Of a stretch of DNA of 64,000 bases, positions 26,632 to 36,615 are shown in pieces (the stretch's first letter is position 1; each line of letters starts with the position of its first letter). A program made the position numbers and the translations under genes. The DNA lies in the NCBI GenBank assembly GCA_963716255.1, contig OY970303.1, positions 480,001 through 544,000 of the forward strand, written 5' to 3'. This DNA comes from an uncultured Gemmatimonadales bacterium (lineage in GTDB: Bacteria; Gemmatimonadota; Gemmatimonadetes; Longimicrobiales; Longimicrobiaceae). Under the pieces are notes generated by a model, which was not told the origin of the DNA, searched no databases, and saw nothing but the letters and a program-made list of their open reading frames with translations.

Positions 26632-26719
26632 CGGAGGGAGTGGGATTCGAACCCACGGATGGGGGATACCCATCGGCAGTTTTCAAGACTGCTGCCTTAA
26701 ACCGCTCGGCCATCCCTCC
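26632..26719 (-). tRNA. tRNA-Ser(UGA)
   Basis: GGAGGGATGGCCGAGCGGTTTAAGGC..GCAGT-CTTGAAA-ACTGC, long variable arm, GGTTCGAATCCC; CCA not encoded. Confidence 0.96.
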
Positions 26720-26942
26720 CCGAGAACGCGCCGGAAGACCCCCAGCGTACAACCCGAAAATTACGCATTTTCCTCGCCCTCAGTCAACCCGCCCACTGCC
26801 CCCGGCACCCCCGCCGTAGCGCATCTCCCGCAACCTGCCGCCCCGCAACCCGCCCCGCCCCAGGAGTTTCCCACCGGGCATACCCCTTGCACGACCGGCG
26901 GGGGATTCGATCCCGAGCGAAAACGCTTGCAGAGGCAGCCAG

Positions 26943-28307
26943 ATGAAGCGATCCGGATACACCGCCGCCGCGGCGCTCCTCGCCCTCGCCGCCGCGTGCG
27001 GCGGGGACGACGGCGGGGAGCGGCAGCCGCCCGCCGACCGCGGCGTCGCCCAGGCGAACGCCCCGGGCGCCGCCGAGCCCTACTGGGAGGCCGAGGCGTC
27101 CATGACCCGCGAGGAGATGGAGCGCGGGCGCATGGACAACGCCTGGGAGCAGGTGGTGCAGCTGGACCCGTGGACCGCGGGCGACAGCGCCGCCAACCCC
27201 GAGAAGTGGGAGCAGATCAGCGCCCAGGCCGTCAACGGCCGGCCCGTGTACCTGCCGCTCTTCGGCGACGTGGCGGGACCCTCGGTGCTGCGCACCCAGG
27301 TGCTGCTGGACCGGGCCCTGTTCTCGCCGGGGATGATCGACGGGCGCTGGGGGAAGAACACCGCCAAGGCCGTGTACTGGCTCCAGAAGCGCGAGGGGCT
27401 GCCCGCCACCGCGCGCGTGGACAGCGCCACCTTCAACCGCCTGGCGCAGCTCGCCGGCGAGCCCAGGGAGCTGGTGCGCACCCACACCCTCACCGCGGAC
27501 GACGTCAAGGGCCCCTTCGTGGACCTCCCCGAGGGGACCGGCGACGAGATCTACGAGATCGCAAAGCTGGACTGCACCTGCTACGAGTCGCTCACCGAGA
27601 AGCTGACCGAGCAGTTCCACGTCACCACCGAGGTGCTGGAGCAGCTCAACCGCGGCGTGAAGATCGATTCCCTGAAGGCGGGGCAGACCCTCCAGGTCCC
27701 CAACGTCCGCGATCCGAACGCGCGCGTCCCCGGCCAGGTGGCGCGCCTGGAGGTGTCCGGGCAGGGGAGCTTCGTGCACGCGCTGGACGCCGGCGGGCGC
27801 ATCCTGTACCACTTCCCGTCCACGCTGGGGGCCACCTACGACCCGTCGCCGCAGGGGAGCTTCACCATCCGGGACGTCACCCAAAACCCGTCGTGGCACT
27901 TCCAGCCCAAGATCCTGGAGCGCATCCCCGACGACAAGCCGGACGCCATGATCCCCCCCGGGCCCAACAACGCCGTGGGCGTGGTGTGGATGGCGCTTTC
28001 CGAGCCGCACTACGGCATCCACGGCACCAAGTCCCCGGAGACCATCGGCTACGCCACCTCCGCCGGGTGCGTGCGCCTGACCAACTGGGACGCGCGGTTC
28101 CTGAGCACGAGGGTGAGCAAGGGGATCCCGGTGCGCTTCCGCGACACCCGCTCCGGCGGGCCCGGGGCCGCCGCGGCCGCGCGGGACACCGCCGCCATCG
28201 GCCGGTCCACGCGGGGCCAGTCGGGCGCGTCGGACTCCGCGGCGGCGCGGCGCGCCGGGAGCGGCGGGCGGGCGAAGAGCCGCGCGGACACCACGGCGCG
28301 CGGATGA
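26943..28307 (+). CDS. L,D-transpeptidase (YkuD family) lipoprotein with a peptidoglycan-binding region
   Basis: Lipobox LAAAC; FSPGMIDGRWGKNT; PPGPNNAVG; YGIHGT..SAGCVRL. Confidence 0.9.
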   Translation: MKRSGYTAAAALLALAAACGGDDGGERQPPADRGVAQANAPGAAEPYWEAEASMTREEMERGRMDNAWEQVVQLDPWTAGDSAANPEKWEQISAQAVNGRPVYLPLFGDVAGPSVLRTQVLLDRALFSPGMIDGRWGKNTAKAVYWLQKREGLPATARVDSATFNRLAQLAGEPRELVRTHTLTADDVKGPFVDLPEGTGDEIYEIAKLDCTCYESLTEKLTEQFHVTTEVLEQLNRGVKIDSLKAGQTLQVPNVRDPNARVPGQVARLEVSGQGSFVHALDAGGRILYHFPSTLGATYDPSPQGSFTIRDVTQNPSWHFQPKILERIPDDKPDAMIPPGPNNAVGVVWMALSEPHYGIHGTKSPETIGYATSAGCVRLTNWDARFLSTRVSKGIPVRFRDTRSGGPGAAAAARDTAAIGRSTRGQSGASDSAAARRAGSGGRAKSRADTTARG

Positions 28308-28371
28308 GCCGAGCCAGGGAAGGCGGAGGGGGCCGCGCGTCGCCCTCCGCCCCGCTGCGCGGGAGGCACCC

Positions 28372-30015
28372 ATGACACAGGCATACGAACGGCTGCTCCA
28401 GGGGCGCACGCTCGCCGGCCGCTACGAGATCCACGAGGTGATCGGCAGCGGCGGCATGAGCGTCGTCTACCGCGGCGTGGACCGCAACCTGGGGCGCGCC
28501 GTGGCGATCAAGGTGGTCAGCGTGCCCGCCGGCAACGCCGCGCAGCGCGACGAGCTGCGGGCGCGCTTCCGCCGCGAGGCCGCCGCCGCCGCCAGCATCC
28601 CGCACCATCCCAACGTGGTGCAGGTCTACGACTACGGCACCGACCCGCAGCTCGACCTGGACTTCATCATCATGGAGCGGCTGGAGGGGCGCGACCTCAA
28701 GCAGGCGCTGGCGGCCGGGGAGCTTTCCCTCCCCGAGTCGGTGAGGATCCTGCGCGAGGCGGCGCGCGGGCTTGCCGCCGGCCACCGCGTGGGGCTGGTG
28801 CACCGCGACGTCAAGCCGGCGAACGTCTTCCTCACCGGGCACGGCGAGATCGATTCTGTGTGCCTGCTGGACTTCGGCATCGCCAAGCCGCTGGAGGCGG
28901 ACCCCGAGCACGACCTCACCCGCACCGGGCACGTGGCGTACTCCCCGGCCTACGCCTCGCCCGAGCAGCTCCGCGGCGAGCGCGCCATGACGGCGGCCTC
29001 GGACGTGTACCAGCTGGGGCTGATCGGCTACGAGATGCTGGCCGGAGGGCGCCCCTACGACGAGGCCGAGCGCGAGCGCATCCGCGCGGGCGAGAACCTG
29101 GCGCTCCCCATGCGGGGACGCTGGGCGATGGTGCCGGAGGCGCTGCACGCCGTGCTGCAGCGGGCGCTGCGCATGCGGCCGGAGGAGCGCTTCGCCGACG
29201 CCGGCGCGATGGCCGAGGCGCTGGCGCACGCGGCCGACGACAAGCCCACGCCGCACGCCGCCCCGCACCCCGCGGCGGAGACCCGCACCGCCGCCGAGCC
29301 GGCCGGCCCCCGGGTGGGTGCCGTGACGACGGCGCCGCTCCGCGACCCGTCGCCGGGCGTGCCGGTGCACGCGTCGCCGGTGCCGCCGCCGCCGCGGGGG
29401 TGGGCGTGGGAGCGCTGGGCCGTCCCCGCGCTGGTGCTGATGCTGGTGCTGGGGTGGGCCGCGGCGCGCTCCGGCCGCGGCGGCCCCGCGCCCGCCGACG
29501 CCGGGGCGGCCGCGGGGCTGGCGGCGCCCGCCGCCGCGGCGGCCCCGCGCGCCGACTCCGCGGGCGTGGTGACGCTTTCCGGCGGCGACGCGCGCGCCCG
29601 CGACGAGGCCGAGATCCGCCAGGCGGTGCAGGCGCTCAACCAGGCGTGGGTGGACGGCGAGATCCGCACGCACGTGGGCCACTACGCCAGCCGGGTGGAC
29701 TACTACAACTCGCGGCGCCTGGCCCGCTCCGGCGTGCGGCGCGACCGCCAGCGCGAGCTGGACCGCTACGACGCCTCGCGCCGCATCGACATCCACGGCC
29801 AGAAGCTGGAGTGGCTGGACGACGACCGCGCGCGGGTGCTCGTGGACAAGGCGTGGGACTTCCGCGGCGAGGCGGGGACGCGCCGGGGCCGCGGGACGCA
29901 GGAGTACGTGTTCAAGCGGGACGACGACGACGGGCGGTGGTACGTGGTCGCCGAGCAGATGCTCGACCAGACGGAATCGCGCACGACCACCCCGGAGGAG
30001 GAGGGGACGGGATGA
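28372..30015 (+). CDS. Membrane Ser/Thr protein kinase (PknB-like) with a C-terminal NTF2/SnoaL-like extracytoplasmic domain
   Basis: IGSGGMS, VAIK, HRDVKPAN, DFG, YASPEQ, SDVYQLG; TM segment; C-terminal alpha/beta domain (fold inferred). Confidence 0.9.
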   Translation: MTQAYERLLQGRTLAGRYEIHEVIGSGGMSVVYRGVDRNLGRAVAIKVVSVPAGNAAQRDELRARFRREAAAAASIPHHPNVVQVYDYGTDPQLDLDFIIMERLEGRDLKQALAAGELSLPESVRILREAARGLAAGHRVGLVHRDVKPANVFLTGHGEIDSVCLLDFGIAKPLEADPEHDLTRTGHVAYSPAYASPEQLRGERAMTAASDVYQLGLIGYEMLAGGRPYDEAERERIRAGENLALPMRGRWAMVPEALHAVLQRALRMRPEERFADAGAMAEALAHAADDKPTPHAAPHPAAETRTAAEPAGPRVGAVTTAPLRDPSPGVPVHASPVPPPPRGWAWERWAVPALVLMLVLGWAAARSGRGGPAPADAGAAAGLAAPAAAAAPRADSAGVVTLSGGDARARDEAEIRQAVQALNQAWVDGEIRTHVGHYASRVDYYNSRRLARSGVRRDRQRELDRYDASRRIDIHGQKLEWLDDDRARVLVDKAWDFRGEAGTRRGRGTQEYVFKRDDDDGRWYVVAEQMLDQTESRTTTPEEEGTG

Positions 30016-31784
30016 CGGAGGCGCTGGAGCGGCTGCTCCTGGGGCGGACCCTCGCCGGGCGGTACGAGATCCGCGGGGTGATCGGGCGCGGGGGGATGAG
30101 CGTGGTCTACAGCGGCACGGACGGGACGCTGGGCCGCCCCGTCGCGGTCAAGCTGATCTCCCTTCCGGCGGCGTCGGAGGACATGCGCGTCCACCTCCGG
30201 GAGCGCTTCCGCCGCGAGGCCGGCTCCGCGGCGCGCATCCCGCCGCACCCCAACGTGGTGCAGATCTACGACTACGGCACCGATCCCGAGCTGGACATCG
30301 ACTTCATCATCATGGAGCTGCTGGAGGGGCGCGACCTCAAGGAGGCGCTCGCCGTCTCCCCGCCCTCGCGCGACGAGGCGGTGCGCGTGCTCCGCGAGGC
30401 GGCGCGCGGCCTGTCCGCCGGGCACCGGGTGGGGATCGTGCACCGCGACGTGAAGCCGGCGAACGTGTTCCTCACGGGGCGCGACCGCTTCGAGTCGGTG
30501 CGCATCCTAGACTTCGGCATCGCGAAGCCGGTCACCGGCCGCCCCGGCGAGGACGACCTCACCCTGGGCGGGCAGCTCCCCCACTCCCCGGCGTACGCCT
30601 CGCCCGAGCAGGTGGACCCGGACCGCCCGGTGACCTTCGCGTCGGACGTGTACCAGCTGGGACTCATCGGCTACGAGCTGCTCTCGGGCGACCGCCCCTA
30701 CGACGACCGCGACCGCGAGCGCATTCGCGCCGGCGAGGAGGTGGCGCCGCGCGGCGGGCCGGAGTGGGAGGCGCTGCCGCCGCCGCTGCGGCACACCATC
30801 CTGCGCGCGCTGCGCACCCGCCCGGAGGACCGCTTCGCCGACGCGGCCGCCTTCGCCGAGGAGCTTTCCGCGGCCGCCGCGGACGACGACCGCACCATCC
30901 TGGAGGCGAGACCGACCGTCGCCGCGCCCGCCCCGCCGCCGGACGCGGTCGTGGCCGCGCCCGCCGCGGCGCCTCCCCGCGTGGAGCCGACCGCTCCGCG
31001 GCCCGCCGGGCCCCGTCCCGTGCCCCCGTCCGATCCGCTGCCGCCGGCGGCGGCGCCGCTCCCTCCGCCGTCCGCCGGCGCCGGGCCGGCGCGGCCGGCG
31101 CGCCGCTCCGGCGGCATGGGCAGGGTGCTGGCGGCGCTGGCCGCCGTGCTGGTGCTCGCCGGCCTGGTGTGGGCGATGACCCGCGGCGGCGACGAGGACG
31201 CGCCCGACCCCGCGCCCACCGCCGCCGCGGCGGGAGCCGACGCGCCCGCCGACACCGACGCGCTCGCCCGCGAGTTCGAGGGCGTGGAGGGCGAGGCCGC
31301 GCGCCGCGAGCTGGAGGGCGGCGCCGCCCCCGCGGGCGGCACGCCCCCAGCCACCCCGGGCGCCCCCGCGCGCGACGAGGCGGCGGAGCGGGCCGCGGCG
31401 GCCGCGGTGCAGCAGACGGTGGTGGCGCTCAACGACAGCTGGGTGAACGGAGACATGGACGCGCACCTGGCCCACTACGCCGAGCAGGTGGACTTCTACG
31501 GGGCCGAGGGCGCGCCGCGCAGCCGCATTCGCCGGGAGCGCGAGAACGACCTGCGCACCTTCAACCAGAACCGGCAGATCCGCGTCCTCCGCCAGGCGGT
31601 GACCTTTCCGGAACCGGGGCGGGCGCGGGCGCTGGTGGACAAGGAGTGGACGTTCGAGGGCGACCGGCAGCGGCGGACCGGAGCGGGACGGCAGGAGCTG
31701 ATCCTGGAGGAGCGCGGCGGCCGCTGGGTGGTGGTGTCCGAGAAGATGCTGGAGACGACCCGCTCGAAGGTGGACCGTCTGTAA
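30012..31784 (+). CDS. Second, paralogous membrane Ser/Thr kinase with the same architecture
   Basis: ATG 30012 overlaps the upstream TGA (ATGA). Same kinase motifs; shared RARALVDKxWxF motif in the C-terminal domain. Confidence 0.9.
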   Translation: MTEALERLLLGRTLAGRYEIRGVIGRGGMSVVYSGTDGTLGRPVAVKLISLPAASEDMRVHLRERFRREAGSAARIPPHPNVVQIYDYGTDPELDIDFIIMELLEGRDLKEALAVSPPSRDEAVRVLREAARGLSAGHRVGIVHRDVKPANVFLTGRDRFESVRILDFGIAKPVTGRPGEDDLTLGGQLPHSPAYASPEQVDPDRPVTFASDVYQLGLIGYELLSGDRPYDDRDRERIRAGEEVAPRGGPEWEALPPPLRHTILRALRTRPEDRFADAAAFAEELSAAAADDDRTILEARPTVAAPAPPPDAVVAAPAAAPPRVEPTAPRPAGPRPVPPSDPLPPAAAPLPPPSAGAGPARPARRSGGMGRVLAALAAVLVLAGLVWAMTRGGDEDAPDPAPTAAAAGADAPADTDALAREFEGVEGEAARRELEGGAAPAGGTPPATPGAPARDEAAERAAAAAVQQTVVALNDSWVNGDMDAHLAHYAEQVDFYGAEGAPRSRIRRERENDLRTFNQNRQIRVLRQAVTFPEPGRARALVDKEWTFEGDRQRRTGAGRQELILEERGGRWVVVSEKMLETTRSKVDRL

Positions 31785-31807
31785 GAAGCTCTGATACTGC
31801 CGGGTTC

Positions 31808-31999
31808 GGGCGTGCCCCCGGCTGGCGCCGGGGTCGGGCTTCGGCTCCGTAAAGCACGATACTACCGTGCTTGACGGAGTCGAGCCCGCGCAAACAGCCG
31901 CGCGGTCTCGCCCCTTCGGGCCGAAATCCCTCACGCGGGGATGGCGCTGGCGTCCGCGGGGGCCCCCACCCGGCTCGCTTAGGCTCGCCACCCTCCCCC
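31808..31999 (+). repeat. Structured repeat family A, copy 2, plus REP-like unit
   Basis: Near-identical to the reverse complement of 33179-33371; related to 1936-2088. Confidence 0.9.
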
Positions 32000-32044
32000 A
32001 ATTCTGGGGGAGGGCTTCCCGATCCTCGGTTCTCGTCGTCGTGC

Positions 32045-32160
32045 CCCCCCTCTCCCCTTGTGGGAGAGGGGGCCGGGGGGTGAGGGGTAGACCGGCGGAT
32101 GAAACTTGCCTCGCCGTGCCGATCTCCCCTCCCCCTTGCGGGGAGGGGCCGGGGGAGGGG
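32045..32160. repeat. REP-like palindrome cluster
   Basis: cccctctcccc-ttgt-gggagagggg and cccctcccc-cttgc-ggggagggg hairpins. Confidence 0.75.
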
Positions 32161-32170
32161 GTCGCCCGTC

Positions 32171-33082
32171 TCAGCCCCCGCCGCGCCCCCTCCCCTTCCC
32201 CCTGCCCGGCTTGTTGTCCTTCTGCCCCCTGCCGCGGCCGTCGTCGCGCCCCCTCGCATCGTCCCGGCCGCGGGAGTCGTCGCGCCCCGCCGGCTCCTCC
32301 CCCCTCACGCCGCCACCCGGGGCCGGCGCGGCGGCGGCCACCGCGGGCGGGGTCGCGTCCGGGCTCGCCGCTTCGCCACCCCCGGCTCCGCCCGATACCT
32401 CGCCCGCCTCGCGGAGCGCCAGCGAGCGCGGCGCGACGATGCGGCCGGCGACCACGTAGGGTCCGTCGGTGCGCCCCTCCACCCGCACCGAGTCGCCCCG
32501 CGCCAGTTCGCCGGCGGGCACCGGGTCGCCGTCCGGCGTCGTCGTTTCCGTGAGCGGCCCCACCACGACGCGCAGGTCGGGGAGCGATTCGTCGGCGGGG
32601 CGCACCAGGAGCGCGTCCCCCGCGTCCGACGCCGCGAGCACCGTCCCGTCCGCCCGCACCTGCGCGGGGAGCGGGCGCGCGGCGTAGCGCAGCCCGTTCA
32701 CCGTCACCGTCGCCGCGCCGTCCAGCCCGACCGACGCCGGAAAGGCGAGCCCGCCGTCCCCGTCCAGGCGGATGCCGCGAATCTCCAGCGACGCGCCTTC
32801 CGGCAGCTCCCCCACCTCCATCCGCGCCACGGAATCGCCGCCACGCGCGAAGCGCAGCGTCGCCGGGCCGGGGCCCACGCCCGGCAGCACGAACGCGCCC
32901 CGGAGCACCGGCACGCGCTCGGAGTCTCCCGCCACGCGGACGTACAGGGTGTCGCCGTCCGCGGAGAGCGGGTCCGCGCGCAGCGTGCCCCGCACCGTGG
33001 CGCCGCCCGCGCCGGGCGCGCCGCCGCCGCAGGCGGCGAGCAGCGCGAGCGCGGGGAGGTGGAGGAGGAGTCGGCGCGTCAT
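32171..33082 (-). CDS. Hypothetical lipoprotein (beta-rich, possibly DUF5666-like C-terminal part)
   Basis: MTRRLLLHLPALALLAAC lipobox; LARGDSVRVEG..VVAGRI motif; low-complexity GRDD tail. Confidence 0.65.
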   Translation of the reverse strand: MTRRLLLHLPALALLAACGGGAPGAGGATVRGTLRADPLSADGDTLYVRVAGDSERVPVLRGAFVLPGVGPGPATLRFARGGDSVARMEVGELPEGASLEIRGIRLDGDGGLAFPASVGLDGAATVTVNGLRYAARPLPAQVRADGTVLAASDAGDALLVRPADESLPDLRVVVGPLTETTTPDGDPVPAGELARGDSVRVEGRTDGPYVVAGRIVAPRSLALREAGEVSGGAGGGEAASPDATPPAVAAAAPAPGGGVRGEEPAGRDDSRGRDDARGRDDGRGRGQKDNKPGRGKGRGRGGG

Positions 33083-33178
33083 GGCGGCGAAGGGGGCAGG
33101 GATCGTGCCCGGGAGCCCCGCGAGGAGGGAGAAGGGAGAACTTCGACGGCGACTCCCTCCCCCGGCCCCTGCCCACAA

Positions 33179-33371
33179 GGGGGAGGGTGGCGAGCCTCAA
33201 GCGAGCCGGGCGGGGGCCCCAGCCGACGCCAGCGCGAGCCCCGCGTGAGGGATTTCGGCCCGAAGGGGCGAGACCCCGCGGCTGTTTGCGGGGGCTCGAC
33301 TCCGTTGCAAACGGTAGTATCGTTTGCTACGGAGCCGAAGCCCGACCCCGGCGCCAGCCGGGGACACGCCC
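33179..33371 (-). repeat. Structured repeat family A, copy 3, plus REP-like unit
   Basis: Reverse complement aligns with 31808-31999. Confidence 0.9.
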
Positions 33372-33395
33372 AACCCCGCAGCTCGTTCCGTACCC

Positions 33396-34121
33396 CTACT
33401 CCGGCGGAAGCGCCTCCAGCCGCTCCAGCATCTCCACCATGCGCCCCCGCACCCGCTCCATCAGCTGCTCGGAATTTTCCCCCGGGACCTCGCCAGGAGA
33501 AACCGGCGCCCCGAAGTGCACGTGGATGGTGCTGGGACGCACCCGCCAGTTGTCCGGCCGCATGATGTCGAAGCTCCCCACCACCACCGTGGGCACGATG
33601 GGCACCCCCGCCTCCACGGCCAGCGTGAACGCTCCCTTCTTGAACGGCTGGAGCCGCCCGGTGCGGGAGCGGGTCCCCTCGGGGAAGATGACCATGGCGC
33701 TGTTGCGGGCGCGGATCTCGGCCCCGGCGCGGCGCAGGCTCTCGATGGCCTTCTTGCGGTCGGAGCGGTCGATGGAGATGTGCCCCGCCGTCTTCCACGC
33801 CCGCCCGAAGAGCGGGATGGCCTCCAGCTCCTTCTTGGCGACGAAGTGGAAGGGGACGGGGATGACGCTGGCGATGGCGAAGATGTCGTACCACGAGACG
33901 TGGTTGGAGACCACCACCAGCGGGGTGCCGGGACGCACGTTCTCCGCCCCGTGCGCCACCACCGGCGAGGCGCTGGCGCGCAGGATGGCGCGCGCCCAGC
34001 CGCGGGTGAGCTCGATGTAGAACTCCACGCGCGACCGGAAGAGCGAGTCCACGATGGCGGTGCCGCCGTACCACACGGTGGCGGCGGTCATGGCCGCGAA
34101 CACCCACAGCGTGCGGATCAC
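33396..34121 (-). CDS. plsC: 1-acyl-sn-glycerol-3-phosphate acyltransferase
   Basis: NHVSWYD, FVAKKEL, FPEGTRS, FKKGAF; GTG start overlaps the thiL stop. Confidence 0.9.
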   Translation of the reverse strand: MIRTLWVFAAMTAATVWYGGTAIVDSLFRSRVEFYIELTRGWARAILRASASPVVAHGAENVRPGTPLVVVSNHVSWYDIFAIASVIPVPFHFVAKKELEAIPLFGRAWKTAGHISIDRSDRKKAIESLRRAGAEIRARNSAMVIFPEGTRSRTGRLQPFKKGAFTLAVEAGVPIVPTVVVGSFDIMRPDNWRVRPSTIHVHFGAPVSPGEVPGENSEQLMERVRGRMVEMLERLEALPPE

Positions 34122-35119
34122 GCGTCCTCCGAGAAGTGCTGGTACGCGTCGATCCCCAGCGCGGTGCGGCTCCCCTGCGCGTCCACCCACCACACGCCGT
34201 CGCCGCCGCCCACCCGCCCCACGCAGGTGAGGGGCACCCCCAGCTCCCGCTCGAAGTCGATGGTGTGCCCCAGCACCGCGCCCACCGGCGCGGTGAAGCA
34301 CAGCTCGTAGTCCTCGCCGCCGCCCACGGCCATGCGCAGCGCCGCCCCGTCGTCGGCCACCGCCAGGCGCACGGCGGGATGCACGGGAATCATCTCCGCG
34401 GAAAGGAGGATGGCCGCCCCGCTCGCTGCGGACAGGTGCGCGGCGTCGCCCGCCAGCCCGTCCGACAGGTCCACCAGCGAGTGCAGCAGCCCCCGCTCGG
34501 CGAGCCAGCGCGCCTCCCTGACCCGCGGCGCCGGCCGGGCGAAGCGCTCCCGCGCCCCCGGCGGCGGCTCCTCGCCGCGAAGCAGGCACGCCACCGCCGC
34601 CGCCGCCGCGCCCAGCTCCCCGGTCACCCACACGTCGTCGCCGTGCTGGGCGCCGGAGCGCAGCACGGGCCTGGCCGCCTCGCCCACCACCGTCACGTCC
34701 ACGGCGAGCGGCCCCGGCGAGCGAGTGACGTCGCCGCCCAGCACCGCGGCGCCCACGAGCTCCGCCGCCTCGCGCACCCCCTTCATCAGCTCCACCGCGG
34801 CGTCGCCGGCGTCCATGGGCGGGAGCGCCAGCGACACCAGCACGCCGATGGGACGGGCCGCCACCGCCGCCAGGTCGCTGAGCGCCGCCGCGGCCGCCCG
34901 GTAGCCGATCTCCCGCATGCTCAGCCAGTCGCGGCGAAAGTGCACGCCCTCCATGCTCATGTCGGTGGACAGGGCGATGCCGTGCCCCGACACCACCGCG
35001 CAGTCGTCGCCCACGCCCACGGGCACGTCGGCGCGCCGCGGCTCCGCCCGGGGAACGAAGCGCCGGATCAGGTCGAACTCGGCCCCGGGAGCGAGGGGGA
35101 GGGTGCGGGTGTCTGTCAC
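34118..35119 (-). CDS. thiL: Thiamine-monophosphate kinase
   Basis: EFDLI, GVGDDCAV, EGVHF, SDLAA, GGD, DLSDGL, GGEDYELCFT. Confidence 0.93.
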   Translation of the reverse strand: MTDTRTLPLAPGAEFDLIRRFVPRAEPRRADVPVGVGDDCAVVSGHGIALSTDMSMEGVHFRRDWLSMREIGYRAAAAALSDLAAVAARPIGVLVSLALPPMDAGDAAVELMKGVREAAELVGAAVLGGDVTRSPGPLAVDVTVVGEAARPVLRSGAQHGDDVWVTGELGAAAAAVACLLRGEEPPPGARERFARPAPRVREARWLAERGLLHSLVDLSDGLAGDAAHLSAASGAAILLSAEMIPVHPAVRLAVADDGAALRMAVGGGEDYELCFTAPVGAVLGHTIDFERELGVPLTCVGRVGGGDGVWWVDAQGSRTALGIDAYQHFSEDA

Positions 35120-35223
35120 GGGGAGCGGGGGTGGGTGGGTGCCGGGGCGCGCAGAACGGCGGGTCCTCGATAATACGCGATGGATGCTGGGGATGCGAGG
35201 GGACCACGGGGGCGACAAAATTC

Positions 35224-35270
35224 TTGCCCGAATGTTCGCGCCGGAGTACTGTACTAGTGTAGCTGGTACA
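35224..35270 (+). promoter_or_regulatory. Sigma70-like promoter overlapped by a YtrA-type operator
   Basis: TTGCCC-N17-TACTGT; inverted repeat TGTACtAG-N5-CTgGTACA at 35250-35270, just upstream of the GntR gene. Confidence 0.7.
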
Positions 35271-35290
35271 CCAGGGCAGATGACCCACTC

Positions 35291-35683
35291 ATGCTGATCC
35301 GGCTCGACCCGGCCGACGCGCGGCCCATCTACCAGCAGATCGTGGACGAGGTCCGGCGTGCCGTCGTCCTGGGGATGCTCGCGCCGGAGGATCCCCTCCC
35401 CTCGGTGCGCGCCCTCGCCTCGGAACTGCGGGTGAACCCCAACACCGTCCAGCAGGCGTACCGCGAGCTGGAGCGGGTGGAGGTCGCCTACTCGCGGCGT
35501 GGGCAGGGGACCTTCGTGGCCCGCACCGACGCCCCCGCCGAGCGCGAGTCGCTGGCCCGCGACGTGGCCGAGCGCGCCCTGCGCGACGCGCGGCGCTACG
35601 GGATCGAGCCGGACGAGCTGCTCGCCGCCATCGCGCGCGCCGCAGAGCTGGAAGCCCTTTCTCCCGACCGGAGCCATCCGTGA
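35291..35683 (+). CDS. GntR family regulator, YtrA subfamily
   Basis: PIYQQI, LPSVRALA, VNPNTVQQAYREL, RGQGTFV; short C-terminus; followed by an ABC ATPase. Confidence 0.92.
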   Translation: MLIRLDPADARPIYQQIVDEVRRAVVLGMLAPEDPLPSVRALASELRVNPNTVQQAYRELERVEVAYSRRGQGTFVARTDAPAERESLARDVAERALRDARRYGIEPDELLAAIARAAELEALSPDRSHP

Positions 35684-36615
35684 GCGCTCCCTTCCTTCCA
35701 ATCCGCCTGGCCGACGTCGACCTGGCCCTGGAGACCCGAGGCGTCGAGAAGCGCTACGGTCCGGACGCGCCGGCGCTGACAGGGCTGGACCTGGAGGTCC
35801 CCGAGGGAGCGGTGTACGTGCTCGCCGGCCCCAACGGCGCCGGCAAGAGCACGGCCATCAAGGTCCTGCTGGACCTGGTGCGCGCCGACCGGGGCACGGC
35901 GCGGGTGCTGGGGATCGAAACCACGCGGCACCCCGCGCTGGTGCGCGCGCAGATCGGCTACGTCCCCGAGTCGGCGGAGACGGCATACGGCTGGCTCACG
36001 GTGGAGAAGTTTCTCCGCCACCGCGCCGCCTTCTTCGAGGCCTGGGACTGGGGCTACACGGAGCGGCTCTGCCGGCGCATGGGCGTCCCTCTCCGAGTGA
36101 AGATGCGCGGACTCTCCAAGGGCGTTTCGCGGAGCGTGGTGCTGGTGACGGCGCTGGCGCACCGCCCGCCCGTGCTCCTGCTGGACGAGCCCACGGACGG
36201 GCTGGATCCCCTGGCGCGCGAGGAACTGTCCGCACTGCTGGTGGAGCACATGACGGCCTCGCCCACCACGCTCCTCTGGTCCACGCACCACGTTCACGAG
36301 GTGGACCGCATGGCCGACTACGTGGGCGTGCTGCGGGAGGGGAAGCTCCTCCTCCAGGCCCCCCGCGACGAGCTGCGTCTGCGCCTGCGGCGCTACCAGG
36401 CGCAGGTGCCGGAGGGATGGGCGGGCGCCCCGGGCCTCAACGGCGAGGTGCTGCTGCGGGAGGCGACGCACGGCGAGATCGCCTGGACGGTGTGGGGCGA
36501 GGAGGACCGGGTGGCCGGGATGCTGGCCGCAGCGGGCGCCACGGTGCGCGAGGCGGCGCCGCTCTCGCTGGAGGACGCCACGCTGGCGCTGCTGCGCGCC
36601 GGGAGGAGGGCGTGA
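35680..36615 (+). CDS. ABC transporter ATP-binding protein (YtrB-like)
   Basis: GPNGAGKST, LSKG, LLLDEPTDGLD, STH. Confidence 0.92.
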   Translation: MSAPFLPIRLADVDLALETRGVEKRYGPDAPALTGLDLEVPEGAVYVLAGPNGAGKSTAIKVLLDLVRADRGTARVLGIETTRHPALVRAQIGYVPESAETAYGWLTVEKFLRHRAAFFEAWDWGYTERLCRRMGVPLRVKMRGLSKGVSRSVVLVTALAHRPPVLLLDEPTDGLDPLAREELSALLVEHMTASPTTLLWSTHHVHEVDRMADYVGVLREGKLLLQAPRDELRLRLRRYQAQVPEGWAGAPGLNGEVLLREATHGEIAWTVWGEEDRVAGMLAAAGATVREAAPLSLEDATLALLRAGRRA

